This document shows, piece by piece, positions 50,869-63,118 of a stretch of 64,000 bases of DNA. Where the stretch lies: NCBI RefSeq assembly GCF_001194135.2, contig NC_068982.1, positions 45,122,256-45,186,255 of the forward strand, given 5' to 3'. How positions within the stretch are numbered: position 1 is the first letter of the stretch; the number at the start of each line of letters is the position of its first letter. Below the pieces are notes generated by a model. The model did no database searches, had not been told where the DNA came from, and saw only the letters and a list, made by a program, of their open reading frames with translations. This DNA comes from Octopus bimaculoides (Eukaryota). The position numbers were made by a program, and so were the translations under genes.

Positions 50869-51611
50869 TATGTAATTATATATACATTGTAACAATTGTG
50901 TAAAATAAAATTACTAAATTTAGGTGAAATAACTATTCTGAAGTATCATTTTGTTTCTTCAATATATGGATCATTGCAAACATGTTTGTGTGATTAAGAT
51001 GTTTGCTTTCCCAATGACATGGTTCCAGGTTCAACCTCACAGAATGGTACCTTAGCTGTCTTCTACTATAACCTTAGGGCTGAACAAAGTATTGCGAGTG
51101 GATCTGATAGATGAAAACTGAAAGGTGTCCATCATGCATCTGTGTGTATGTCCTTGTCTTGGCATTATGTGATAGTCGTAAACAAGCCTCACTATCATGC
51201 AAATAACATTGTTTGATTCTAATCTTCCATGAAAACATACCTGGTCAGAGAAAAATCTTTATCTTGCTTGGAAACAGGCAAGGATTGGTGAAGGGAAGGT
51301 CATCCAGTGGTAAGAAAACCTGCTTCTATGGGTCAGAGGGAGCTCTGACCCATAATAAGCATGGAAAAGTGGACGTTAAAACAATGATGTTGATATCAAT
51401 GACTTCTGAATCTTATTTGCATTTTTATCATCAAAATGATTTGTAACCCTGTTCAACATGATGCCAAGGTCAGTTATGATCTACTTAGATGGACATACAT
51501 AGTCTTAGATATAGCTACTTATACATTTCTTAGAGAAAAACATAACTAGACCTGAACGTTTATTTGTTACTATCTATATACTGCCACACTATCAAATACA
51601 TACTTATAGCA

Positions 51612-51992
51612 TAGGTGCATGCATGGCAAGAAGCTTGCTTCCTAACCACATGGTTCTGGGTTCAGTCCCACTGTGTGGTACCTTGGACACGTGTCTTCTA
51701 CAATAGCCTCGGGCTGACCAAAGCCTTGTGAGCGGATTTGGTAGATGGAAACTGAAAAAAAGCCCATCATGTGTGCGTGTGTTGTCTCTGCTCCACCCCT
51801 GCCGTCATCGCTTGACAACTGATGCTGGTGTGTTTATGTTCCCGTAACATATGGGTTTGGCAAATGAGACTGATAGAATAAATACTAGGCTTACAAAGAA
51901 TAAGTCATGGGGTTGATTTCTTTGACTAAAACACTTTAAGGCAGTGCTCCAGCATGGCCACCACATCTAAATGACTGAAACAAGTAAAAGAA
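51612..51992 (+). mobile_element. SINE family A
   Basis: Head, body and GAAACAAGTAAAAG tail. Confidence 0.88.
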
Positions 51993-52654
51993 TACTAGGA
52001 TTACTACACCCCTCCCCCTGTGAGACCATAGAATCTCTTCATACCAATAATTACAAATACCTTCACACCTACATGCATTCATCAAAATACATATATTCTT
52101 TGTGTACCAATATTAATACAATCATGTACATGTACACACCCACTCATATTTATATTCTTTTATTTGTTTCAGTCATTTGCTGGAGCACCACCTTAAAGGG
52201 TTTTTTTTAGTCTAAGAAATCAACCCCAGGCCTTACTCTTTGTAAGCCTGGTACTTATTCTATTAGTCCCTTTGGCCGAACCACTAAGTTACAGGGACAT
52301 AAACACACCAGCATGGCGACAAACACAGACACATAAATACATACATATATGCACGAACACACACACGTATGTGTGTGCATGATTATAAATTCCAAATTTT
52401 GGTACAAGGTCAGAGGTTTTGCAGGAAGGATTAAGTCAATTACATCAACCCCAGCATTCAACTGGTACTTATTTTACTGACCCCCTAAAAGATGGAAGGC
52501 AAAGTTGACCTTGGCAGAAATTGAACTCAAAACGTGAGATGGATGAAATGTTGTTATACTTGCTTATAAGATTATACATTGGGTTTTTAATGTTATAAGT
52601 ATTAATTATGCCTTTCGCTTACTGAATTATTTTGAATATTAATTGGACTCTAAA

Positions 52655-52870
52655 GTGGTGAGCTGGCAGAAATGTTAGCATGGTGGGCAAAATGCTTAGC
52701 AGTATTTCATCTGTCTTTACGTTGTAAGTTCAAATTCTGCAGAGGTTGACCTTGCCTTTCATCCTTTCGGCATTGATAAATTAAGTACCAGTTGTGTACT
52801 GAGGTCAATCTAATCAACTGACCCCGCTCCCCCAAAATTTCAGGCCTTGTGCCTAGAGTAGAAAAAAAAT
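52655..52870 (+). mobile_element. SINE family B
   Basis: gtggtgagctggcagaaatgttagc...agttcaaattctgc. Other copies at about 16225, 30830, 36700, 36895, 52390, 63260, 63440 and 63815-64000. Confidence 0.85.
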
Positions 52871-53719
52871 TTTAACTGGACTCTATCCAAATGGCCAAAA
52901 CCCACTTCTTTCTATGGCACACACAAACTTATCAAAACGTACAAAGAGAACATCTATGATTATGACTACACAGTAGCTGATATCGAAATTACAATCCTTC
53001 AGTGGTTTGCTCTTCAGTCTATCACTTTGGAAGTGTTTTACTGCAAGCATAGAAAAGTGGATGTTAAAATAATGGTGATGAAGATAATGTAAATTACAAT
53101 TTCCACTCCTTTCTGGAAAATTATAGTATGGAAAAACTCCCAAGTCTCAGAAATTTGTATAGGGGTGGCTGTGTAGTAAGAAGCTTGCTTCCCAACCATA
53201 TGGTTCCAGGTTCAGTCCTACAGCATGGCACCTTGGGCAAGTGTCTTCTACTATATCTTCAGGCCAGCCAAAGCCTTGTGAGTGGGATTTGGTAGATGGA
53301 AATTGTAAGAAACCAAACATGTGTACCATCACCATCATTATTTAATGTCTGTTTTCTATGCTGGTATGGGTTGGAGTTGACAGGAGCTGGCCAGGCTCCT
53401 TATTTGTTTTTGGCATGGTTTCTACAACTGGAAGCCCTTTCTAATGCCAACTACTTTACAGACTGCATTTTATGTGACGCCAACACCCACGAGCCTGCAA
53501 GATTAGGAATGCAGGGCACAAGCCTGTATGCAAGGACGCTTTCACTTAGCTTGGCATGCTTTCTCAAGCACAGCAAACCACCAGGAGTCTACGTCTCCTG
53601 TCATCTCCATATATATATCTCTTGTTTATATATATTCATATCTTCCTTCTATATAAGTTAGTATTTGTTACCTTGTTATAAAACAATTTTGAGGTTCTAA
53701 CACTCTATAGGCAACATGT

Positions 53720-54060
53720 TAACTCATAAACCATTTGGTTGTAGACTACTTGCAAATCCATATAAACTTCTAAATTTTCTATCTCATAATTTCACCAACA
53801 TGCTCTCACCATATTCCTCTATCCCAACATTTTCTTCAATGTTATTTTGTCTTCTAGCAGAAAAAAGACTACTTTGAAAAAAAGTTCAACCTGAAACAAT
53901 ATAATCCACTTCCTTGAGCAAAGGAGTATATTTCATTTTGTAAACTTTCTTCAACTGAAGTTTTCAGGCACAAACTGATGCCCCCAAATTCTCTTGATAT
54001 ACACAGGGTTGGCCATAAGTAAATCAAAATTCCATAAATACTATCTGTAATTCTGTTTTG
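53720..54060 (-). mobile_element. Possible non-LTR retrotransposon RT C-terminal remnant
   Basis: LCISREFGGISLCLKTSVEE resembles the LYLPRKEGGRGL motif; heavily decayed. Confidence 0.3.
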
Positions 54061-54240
54061 ACTCGAATGGAAAATGTGTTGCTCAAGGACTTCAGTTTGA
54101 ACACTTTTCATGATGTTTCATATTTTGATGCTTTTATTAAATTCATTCAGTTGTTAAACATAAATAAATCTTGGAATTAAATAGTTTTGATTTACTGTCA
54201 GGTGAATTTTGGCCAACCATATATATATATATATATATAT

Positions 54241-55040
54241 CATCATCATCGTCGTTTAACGTCTGCTTTCCATGCTAGCATGGGTTGGACGATTTGACTG
54301 AGGACTGGTGCAACCAGNNNNNNNNNNNNNNNNNNNNNNNNNNNNNNNNNNNNNNNNNNNNNNNNNNNNNNNNNNNNNNNNNNNNNNNNNNNNNNNNNNN
54401 NNNNNNNNNNNNNNNNNNNNNNNNNNNNNNNNNNNNNNNNNNNNNNNNNNNNNNNNNNNNNNNNNNNNNNNNNNNNNNNNNNNNNNNNNNNNNNNNNNNN
54501 NNNNNNNNNNNNNNNNNNNNNNNNNNNNNNNNNNNNNNNNNNNNNNNNNNNNNNNNNNNNNNNNNNNNNNNNNNNNNNNNNNNNNNNNNNNNNNNNNNNN
54601 NNNNNNNNNNNNNNNNNNNNNNNNNNNNNNNNNNNNNNNNNNNNNNNNNNNNNNNNNNNNNNNNNNNNNNNNNNNNNNNNNNNNNNNNNNNNNNNNNNNN
54701 NNNNNNNNNNNNNNNNNNNNNNNNNNNNNNNNNNNNNNNNNNNNNNNNNNNNNNNNNNNNNNNNNTTCCTAACGCCAACCACTCAGAGAGTGTAGTGGGT
54801 GCTTTTACGTGTCACCCGCACGAAAACGGCCACGCTCGAAATGGTGTCTTTTATGTGCCACCCGCACAAGCCAGTCCAGGGGCACTGGCAACGATCTCGC
54901 TCGAAAATCCTACAGGAGCCAGTCAGGCGGTACTGGCAACGGCCACGCTCAAAATGGTGCATCTCATGTGCCACCCGCACAAGAACCAGTCCAGGGGCAC
55001 TGGCAACGATCTTACTTGGCTTGCCGGGTCTTCTCACGCA
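54241..55040 (-). mobile_element. RTE-tailed SINE family E, young copy spanning an N gap
   Basis: Nearly identical to 26607-27020 on both sides of the gap. Confidence 0.85.
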
Positions 55041-55179
55041 CATATATATATAATTATTTGGACTTTTGTATGCCAATTAAAGCACATTCACCATTTAGGC
55101 TACCTGATGTCATCCACAGTCATGGTATAATTTTCACAGGATCTATATCAGGAACTCCACAGTGTTCATTTGGCTTATA

Positions 55180-55410
55180 ATTGATAAAAGAAATGGAAGA
55201 GGGAATTGATATGAATTTTCATTCAACGCGATGATCATTTCAACCCATCCTGCAGATGTTCCTTACAGGTAAGATATTGAGCATCTAGTTGTACAACACA
55301 ACTAGATGCACAATATCCTACCTGTAAAAGACAGCAGCAGGATGGGTCGAAATGACTGTTGAGTTGAATAAAGATTTATACCAAATCCATCTTCCATTCC
55401 CTTCATCAAT
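55180..55410. repeat. Long imperfect palindrome (two 113 bp arms, 5 nt loop)
   Basis: Manual alignment: 91/113 identical with no indels; 12 bp perfect apical stem gcatctagttgt/acaactagatgc. Confidence 0.9.
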
Positions 55411-55639
55411 TTTATATAATATCTTCAACGAAAAATAAGTTAATTACCAACCTGGTTTACTAATTGAACATCAACAACACTTCAAAAAGAATAGTTCTCA
55501 TCTTAAATTGGTAACCATGTCAAACAATTCTCTGCAAGAATTAAAAATACTTTCTCCCATGTTTGTGTGAAAACCACTCAAAAGAAAAATACAATAGGAA
55601 TTAGTGTATTATGACAAAAAAAAAAAATAAATAAATAAA

Positions 55640-58600
55640 TAAACCATATTCAAAATACATGTAATTTTTATTTACTTATAAATTTATTTTAATTGCATGT
55701 CCTAATTTGAAATATAATTACTCAGCTAAATTAAACATAAAAAGGTTATAGCCATTAAAAAAAAAAAAAATTGTATCGTAGGAAAAAAAAAAGTTAAAAA
55801 TATAATTTAATTATGAATACCACTCCAATTAATACAAATCAATTTTCAAGATTCCTTATCATAACCCCCCTCCCAAACACTGCAATTTAAAATGCATTAT
55901 TTTCATAGGCAACTGGCATGGTGTTCAAGTTGCTAAGTTCAGAGTTCAGGCATTAAGAAGGCTTTAAATGTATTTTCAAGCCAATATCAACACATCAGAT
56001 CAGCAGTAGAACAGAGCAAATGTTGTAGTGTATACATGTTACAACATGTATGTAAGCATATGTGTATATATGCATTTTAACACACATTCAGAAATAACTA
56101 TGAATAAATAAATAAATAAATAAATCTCATGTAATAATGGTGTGAGTCGAGGACTAATTTTTTTTTCTTTTTCTCCTTTTAATCTTTGAAAATTCTGCAG
56201 ATGTGTTCGCATGAAGTAGAATGAATGGGAGTAAATATGTTTTATGGTACGAATTTTCAGATCCTATCTACTACAAACATACAAACTTAGCACACACACA
56301 CACACACATACATATCTACATGCATGCAAATGTACATATACATTCTATATATATATATATATTCAAATATATATACACATATATATATGCATACATATAT
56401 ACACACATAAGAACATACACATAAACACACACACACACACACTATCGTTGTTATTCAAATTTCAGTTTGTTCCTTTGTAAGAAACCATATCCTTCCTTGT
56501 AGGAAAAATTCTAATAAGAACAATGAATAGACATGCATATTCACATACATGCATGTATGCACACACACACAGAGACTTTTTCTGTGATTTCAACTCTTGA
56601 ATTAGCATGTGAAGTGGTTGAGTACTCCACAGATACATGTACCCTTAAAGTTACTCACAGTTTGAGTCAGCATAACACAGTGTGATAAGACTAGACCTTC
56701 GAATTACAAGTATGATAAATCCAACTGGGTTCTCTGTGCCCAGCTTCACTCAGAGCTTGTGTTAACATGAAATGAAGGTAAAGATACCTGCCCAAGATAT
56801 CACACAGTGGGATCAAACCAGGAACCTCATTGTTATGAAAAACTTCTTAATCACATATCTATGTCTATATCCATATATATATATATATATATANNNNNNN
56901 NNNNNNNNNNNNNNNNNNNNNNNNNNNNNNNNNNNNNNNNNNNNNNNNNNNNNNNNNNNNNNNNNNNNNNNNNNNNNNNNNNNNNNNNNNNNNNNNNNNN
57001 NNNNNNNNNNNNNNNNNNNNNNNNNNNNNNNNNNNNNNNNNNNNNNNNNNNNNNNNNNNNNNNNNNNNNNNNNNNNNNNNNNNNNNNNNNNNNNNNNNNN
57101 NNNNNNNNNNNNNNNNNNNNNNNNNNNNNNNNNNNNNNNNNNNNNNNNNNNNNNNNNNNNNNNNNNNNNNNNNNNNNNNNNNNNNNNNNNNNNNNNNNNN
57201 NNNNNNNNNNNNNNNNNNNNNNNNNNNNNNNNNNNNNNNNNNNNNNNNNNNNNNNNNNNNNNNNNNNNNNNNNNNNNNNNNNNNNNNNNNNNNNNNNNNN
57301 NNNNNNNNNNNNNNNNNNNNNNNNNNNNNNNNNNNNNNNNNNNNNNNNNNNNNNNNNNNNNNNNNNNNNNNNNNNNNNNNNNNNNNNNNNNNNNNNNNNN
57401 NNNNNNNNNNNNNNNNNNNNNNNNNNNNNNNNNNNNNNNNNNNNNNNNNNNNNNNNNNNNNNACATTTTTAACTGTAAGACTAAAAAAGAAAAAAAAAAA
57501 CAAATTGAAGCCAAATAAAAAGAAAAGACTATTTTTATTTTATTTTAAACCAGTCCATATTGTCTTGCGTCATCATCGTCAATTCTGTTTGCTTTTAAAT
57601 GCTTTTTTTTTTCATACATTTTTCATATTCTGGGAATTTTAATAGCATGATAAGCAGTTTTGTCTGAATTGTGTAACTTGATTTTTATTCTCAGTATTGC
57701 TTATTATAATAATCAATCATAAGAATCTGTTTTGGACAGAGCATGTGTTGTGCACAGGTAAATGTAAAACAAGTTCGTTTGTTTTGGTTTGGCTTGGTAC
57801 TTATTTTATGAAGCATCAATCAATCCCTTTTCTTCAGTTTTATATGACTGTCAAAGAAATTTCATTTTATATGCAACCTAATGAAATAGGAGATGAATTT
57901 TGAATAGCAATCTTTAAATAAAAAACCAAAACAAAAAAATCTTAAAATGATAGTTTTTATCATGAAGGTTAAAAAAAAAATGTAAAAAATATTTCAAGGA
58001 AAATTATCTGTTATTCATTTTAAAAATAAAATTTAAATAAAAAGAAATATTTTAAATACATTAGAAATCTTCCCCAGAGAGATAAAAAAAAACAAAAACA
58101 ATTCATCTGAATAATGTTGTGGGATTGTGTAGCCGCCCATAGAATAAACACCAAACCTCTGAAGTCTCGTCTTTCTTTAGAGTCACATAATTCATATTTC
58201 ATTGGGGTGATTAGAATTGGTTGTGCAGGTAACTTGGTAGTAACCTACTGAGTGGTAGACTACTTGTCTGTTATCTCACTAAAACCTGAGTGAGTGACAA
58301 GTAAGTCTTTGTAGATGTCAGGGCCATGTGTATCAGGACATTGGACAAATTTACTGCTTATGCTGTGCCTGCTAGACAGCAGTAGTTATTGTTGTCTGAT
58401 GTCTCGGTGTCATCACAGTCAATTTGCATTGTATGTTGTGTTTGAAGTGGTGGAAAGCGGTCCACAGTCATCAGTTAAGAATAGCTGATATTTTACGATG
58501 TCATTTTAATTGCTCACTGTTATCTTGGAGGGGAACAGTAGTAGTCAAGTACTAGAGTCAATGTCATCAGTACAGTTATGTCTTTAATAGTCCTATTAAA

Positions 58601-58735
58601 TTGGCAGTAAAGAGAATTTGCAGACCATGACAAGTCTGCCTCTAGCACAATAAAACAGCCCAAATAGAAAATATAGACCGTTATACTTATGAGCACTGCT
58701 TAAACTGGCATTTGATACCAGTGTAGAAAACTGGT
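55640..58735 (-). other. Probable importin-alpha 3' UTR (end uncertain)
   Basis: Minus-strand AATAAA candidates at 57534-57539 and 55667-55672; the latter is followed by a U-rich tract. The region is interrupted by a gap and SINE fragments. Confidence 0.4.
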
Positions 58736-58926
58736 TCAGAATTGAAATCCATCCATTGGTACATCCTGACCAGCAATAAATTGGAATTGCTGAGCACTTT
58801 CATCAGTTGGAGGAACAATACTTTTATCCTCTTCTTCAGTGCCAAAGTAGCGTTCAATTATACCAAAAGCTTTTTGATAAATCTCTCGGTTTTCATGACT
58901 TTGCAGAAATTCGATCTTGTCCAGAC
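58736..58926 (-). CDS. KPNA6: Importin subunit alpha, last coding exon with stop
   Basis: (G)[62 protein letters not shown], matching the KPNA1/6 C-terminus ([12 protein letters not shown]...PMEGFQL). Acceptor ttttctatAG|GT. Confidence 0.96.
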
Positions 58927-59973
58927 CTATAGAAAATGAAAAGATCAAATTGAAAACAAATTATTAAATATAAAGTTATATCTAACATATTCTGACAAGG
59001 TTGTAAACCATTGATACATGTATTTATGCATAATGATTCTCAAAGGCACATAAATTAACAAATGGCTACAATGTTTGAGCAATTTCTATCCAGATTCATT
59101 ATATTGTCTTGCTCAGATTGTTTAATAAGTTTATATGCCTTTGAAGAGTATTACTGATGCACTTCAATTTTCTTTAGCATCTTTGTAGGTTTTTTTTCTC
59201 CCTTTGTTTTTCTTTCATTACAAAAGTTTTCATTCAACAACTCAAACAATAACATTGAATAACACATTTTTTTTCTGTCTTTAGTCAGTAAATGTTATTT
59301 CCTGTTTGCTTCTATCTAGAAATCAAACGAAATGATTACTATCCCCTTCAAACTTTGCTTTTGTGACCTGGACATCAATATTTTGAAACTGACCTAATTT
59401 TCCATTACATTTCAGACAGATTCAGTGCTGAGTTGCTGAAGCAGAAATATCATCATGAGAAATGTTCTGCTCAATATCACAGATTTGCTTGTCAGTTGCT
59501 TGACCATAACCACTTGAGTATGTTTCTTAGTGGCTGACAGTATGTGCATCTCTGATCATGAGCAGTGGAGAAACATCATAGCCATGAGTTGAGGATTCTT
59601 TGGGGTTTGAATAAATGTAACAAAAGCAAAGTTTAAAGAAAATATTAGTCATTTTTCATACTTTCTAGGAGTAAGCAAATAGCAAACTGTTGCTACCAAG
59701 GAAAAAAATCCTGTTACACAGTGTAATCACACTAAATAAATTTTCTTCTTTATTTCTCCTTCTTAATAATTTCCTCTAACTTACCAGCTCTTAATTAATC
59801 TCTACATTTAGATTACACTTATGCTAATTCAACATGCCTAGTTTGTTAAGTCTGAATGATTCAAGTTATTTGATAAAGCCATCTGGCTTATATAATTTCA
59901 TACATCATAATCAATAGAACTAGAGTAAACATAGCAGAAAACTAAATAAATTGATGGAAAACAATCTACTAAC

Positions 59974-60149
59974 CATAACATTCTTCAATCATTATAGCGT
60001 AAGGATTTGTGTTGCCATGTAATTTAGCATCTTGTTCTCCAAGGCGTAAAATATTCTCTAGACCATTGAGAGCAACATGAACAATTTTGCTATCCATAAC
60101 AGTCAACAAGTTACATAAAGGAAGAATGCATCCCTGTTCCACAAGAAAT
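59974..60149 (-). CDS. KPNA6: Importin subunit alpha, penultimate coding exon
   Basis: [58 protein letters not shown](G). Acceptor ttattcccAG|A, donor TAT G|GTTAGT. Phases match both neighbouring exons. Confidence 0.96.
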
Positions 60150-60869
60150 CTGGGAATAAAAAAAAATATGAAAAGTTTAAAATTTAAAAAAAGATTTATC
60201 ACGACATTCAACAGCTAAAATAAAAAAAAATTTAAAATGTAAAAATCATTTTTCTATTCTAAACATCATGTAAGAAATGTGTTTTACCTAGAGTAAGAGT
60301 TTTGCTCTTATATTAACTGAAGACATTGGAACTTGGTAATCATATCTGAACTATGTGTAGAAAATATAGGCCTTGTACAAAGACTTTTGGATATTATTAA
60401 GTCACATAAGAAGGTGTAATGATAGAAACTGTAGAATGCCATGTTACATGTCTTACAGCTTTTCATTTTGTTCTGTGAACAAAATTACTTAGTTACGCTG
60501 TATTTATTTGCAGCTACATTCCACTACACTCAACTCATCTTTGTCATTCCACTTTTTGGGGCATCAAACAAAGGACTAACAATAAAATTGACTAAAATCC
60601 ATATAGGCTGGCTGTGTTTCAGTAAAGAGTAATTAAATAACTTTTTGTCAATGGGAGAACGAACTGTTAAAAAGATTTTTGTCAAGTTCACTTAGTGATC
60701 CCTACCTGTCATGCATGCCACAGCTAGCACCTGATGAGCAGTAACTTTGACAAACTGCACAATGGAGATGACAGACTAAGTTATGGTCTGATGACAATTT
60801 ACATAACACAAGATAAGGATTTCTGTATAAGGTCTGGGTTTTTTTGTGTGCTATATTCTTTTGGCTGAA

Positions 60870-61160
60870 AGTTAAGTGCATTTTGGCTCACAATTGTAAG
60901 GTCATGAATTTGATCCCCAATGGCACATTGTGTTCTTGAGCAAGACCCTTTATTTCAAGTTGTTCCAGTGCACTCGGTTGGCAAAATTGAGCTGTACCTG
61001 TAGTTCAATATGCCAGCCATGTCACATTTGGTGTGTCATGCTGAGTCTCCCTGAGTACTACATTAAGGGCATGCATGTCTATGGAGTGCTCAGCCACTTG
61101 CATATGGATTTCATGAGCAGGCTGTTCTGATGATTGTATCAGCTGGGATGCTCATCAGTG
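60870..61160 (+). mobile_element. SINE family D, CpG-decayed copy in importin intron
   Basis: Shares its 3' body with 17905-18262. Confidence 0.78.
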
Positions 61161-61426
61161 TAACTGATGGAGTGCTCAGCCATATTTGTTTGGAATGAAC
61201 TTTTCTGAGACCACCACATTTAGCCTGTTGATAATCTCTCACCACTGTTGTTTCTTTCAAACTCATTGTGGGTGCTATTATCATTTGGACCTTGATTTTT
61301 AAGTGATTCAACCTGAAACCATGCAGTCAACAGGCAAAACTATCACACAACCGCATTTAAGTATGTTTTTATAAGCTAAAAATTGAAATGCAAAAAATGG
61401 TATTTTACAAAATATATTTAATTATA

Positions 61427-62871
61427 TCAGGCTGAGTAAAAATTAAGCAACGTTTTGAAACATGAAATTCATCACAATATATTTCAACAATGCAGAAATT
61501 TTAAACAAAGTAAGTACCATTGCAATCAACACATTTTTGCCAATGAGTTACAAGTTTGTTTATTCCGGTAACATAAAAATGGGAGTTCTGGAGCTGATGA
61601 ATTCTTTGAATGCACTTTCAACATCGACTTGATTTTTGAACTCTTCTTCTCACAGGAAACCATCAAGGTGCTTGAAAAAGTGGTAGTTAGTAGGAGAAAG
61701 GTCTAGGGAATAACTTTGTAGCCAAGTGCCCTCAACTTCTGGAACATCATTAGTGAAATGTGTGATTGAGCAGTCATGAAGAATNNNNNNNNNNNNNNNN
61801 NNNNNNNNNNNNNNNNNNNNNNNNNNNNNNNNNNNNNNNNNNNNNNNNNNNNNNNNNNNNNNNNNNNNNNNNNNNNNNNNNNNNNNNNNNNNNNNNNNNN
61901 NNNNNNNNNNNNNNNNNNNNNNNNNNNNNNNNNNNNNNNNNNNNNNNNNNNNNNNNNNNNNNNNNNNNNNNNNNNNNNNNNNNNNNNNNNNNNNNNNNNN
62001 NNNNNNNNNNNNNNNNNNNNNNNNNNNNNNNNNNNNNNNNNNNNNNNNNNNNNNNNNNNNNNNNNNNNNNNNNNNNNNNNNNNNNNNNNNNNNNNNNNNN
62101 NNNNNNNNNNNNNNNNNNNNNNNNNNNNNNNNNNNNNNNNNNNNNNNNNNNNNNNNNNNNNNNNNNNNNNNNNNNNNNNNNNNNNNNNNNNNNNNNNNNN
62201 NNNNNNNNNNNNNNNNNNNNNNNNNNNNNNNNNNNNNNNNNNAATACAGCCGAGAAATGGATTGGTCTAGTTATGGAGAAGAAGCGGCGAGCAAATTTCA
62301 TACCTGTGCATTTTCTGATTTTCATTCAAATCAAGTGGTACCCATTTATTGAGCCTTTTTGATTTTCTGATCGCACTTAAATGGTTGCAGGCAGTTTTCT
62401 GGCTAACTTGAAATTTTTTTGGACAGTTCTCGAGTGGTTTTACGTGGATCTTTCTCAATGACAGTCTTTAATTGACCATCATAAATGACAGATGGGCGTC
62501 CACTACACTCATGATCTTCAAGGCTCAGGTCTCCACTGTGAAATCGTTTAAAGTATTTTCGAGCTGACCACTCACTGGTCATTTCCTCACCTAATGTTTC
62601 ATTGATATCGCGAGCAGTTTCAGCTGCTTTTACATCCTTTTTTGAAGTCGAATAGCAAAACTGCTTGAATATTGCGCTGATAGTTCCATTTCGAATGATT
62701 GTAACATTGGTGAAAAAAATATCAATAATTTATCGATGCATTCAGGCAAGTGCATGTCTGTATTATCAGACAATTGCAAAGAAAATGTTAAATAAAATAC
62801 CAAAACCCTGCAAAAAATCTGGTACAAATTCTTCATGGTTCAAAGTGTTGCTTACTTTTTACTCAACTTGA
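61427..62871 (-). mobile_element. Mariner DNA transposon (Hsmar1/SETMAR-like), degenerate, in importin intron
   Basis: TIRs TCAGGCTGAGTAAAAATTAAGCAAC and rc TCAAGTTGAGTAAAAAGTAAGCAAC, TA on both sides. Decayed transposase reads AAETARDINE...SGRPSV...NKWVPLDLNENQK and LHD...YSLDLSPTNYHFFKHL (YSPDLAPSDYHLF motif). Internal N gap. Confidence 0.92.
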
Positions 62872-62990
62872 TACAATGCAATTTAAAACAAAATTTTTTT
62901 TAGAAAGAATGATAGAAGAAACAGACAGTTAATTTAAAATAATTCAACCATTCTAATTGAAGTGATGCTGGATATTAAATAAGATCATAC

Positions 62991-63118
62991 CGAATTTGTT
63001 CTGGAGAGCCTCCAGACGTAGCATTTGTTATGGCCCAAGCAGCCTCTTTTCTTGTTTTAAACTCTGCTTTACCAAGAATTTCAATTAAAACTGGAAATAT
63101 GTTGGCATCAATCACAGC
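62991..63118 (-). CDS. KPNA6: Importin subunit alpha (KPNA1/5/6 clade), internal exon
   Basis: [42 protein letters not shown](R), nearly identical to human KPNA6 ARM repeat. Acceptor ttttgtttctAG|, donor CG|GTATGA; 128 nt. Confidence 0.96.

Noticed and set aside
54318-54766. 449-N gap inside a SINE E copy
   Set aside because: The twin copy has only 54 bp here (26684-26737), so the gap size is probably overestimated. No hidden insert can be claimed.
60725-60770. CTGATGA followed by a small stem, resembling a hammerhead ribozyme core (also 6093); also searched around the Penelope fragment
   Set aside because: No GAAA after stem II and no closing helices found.
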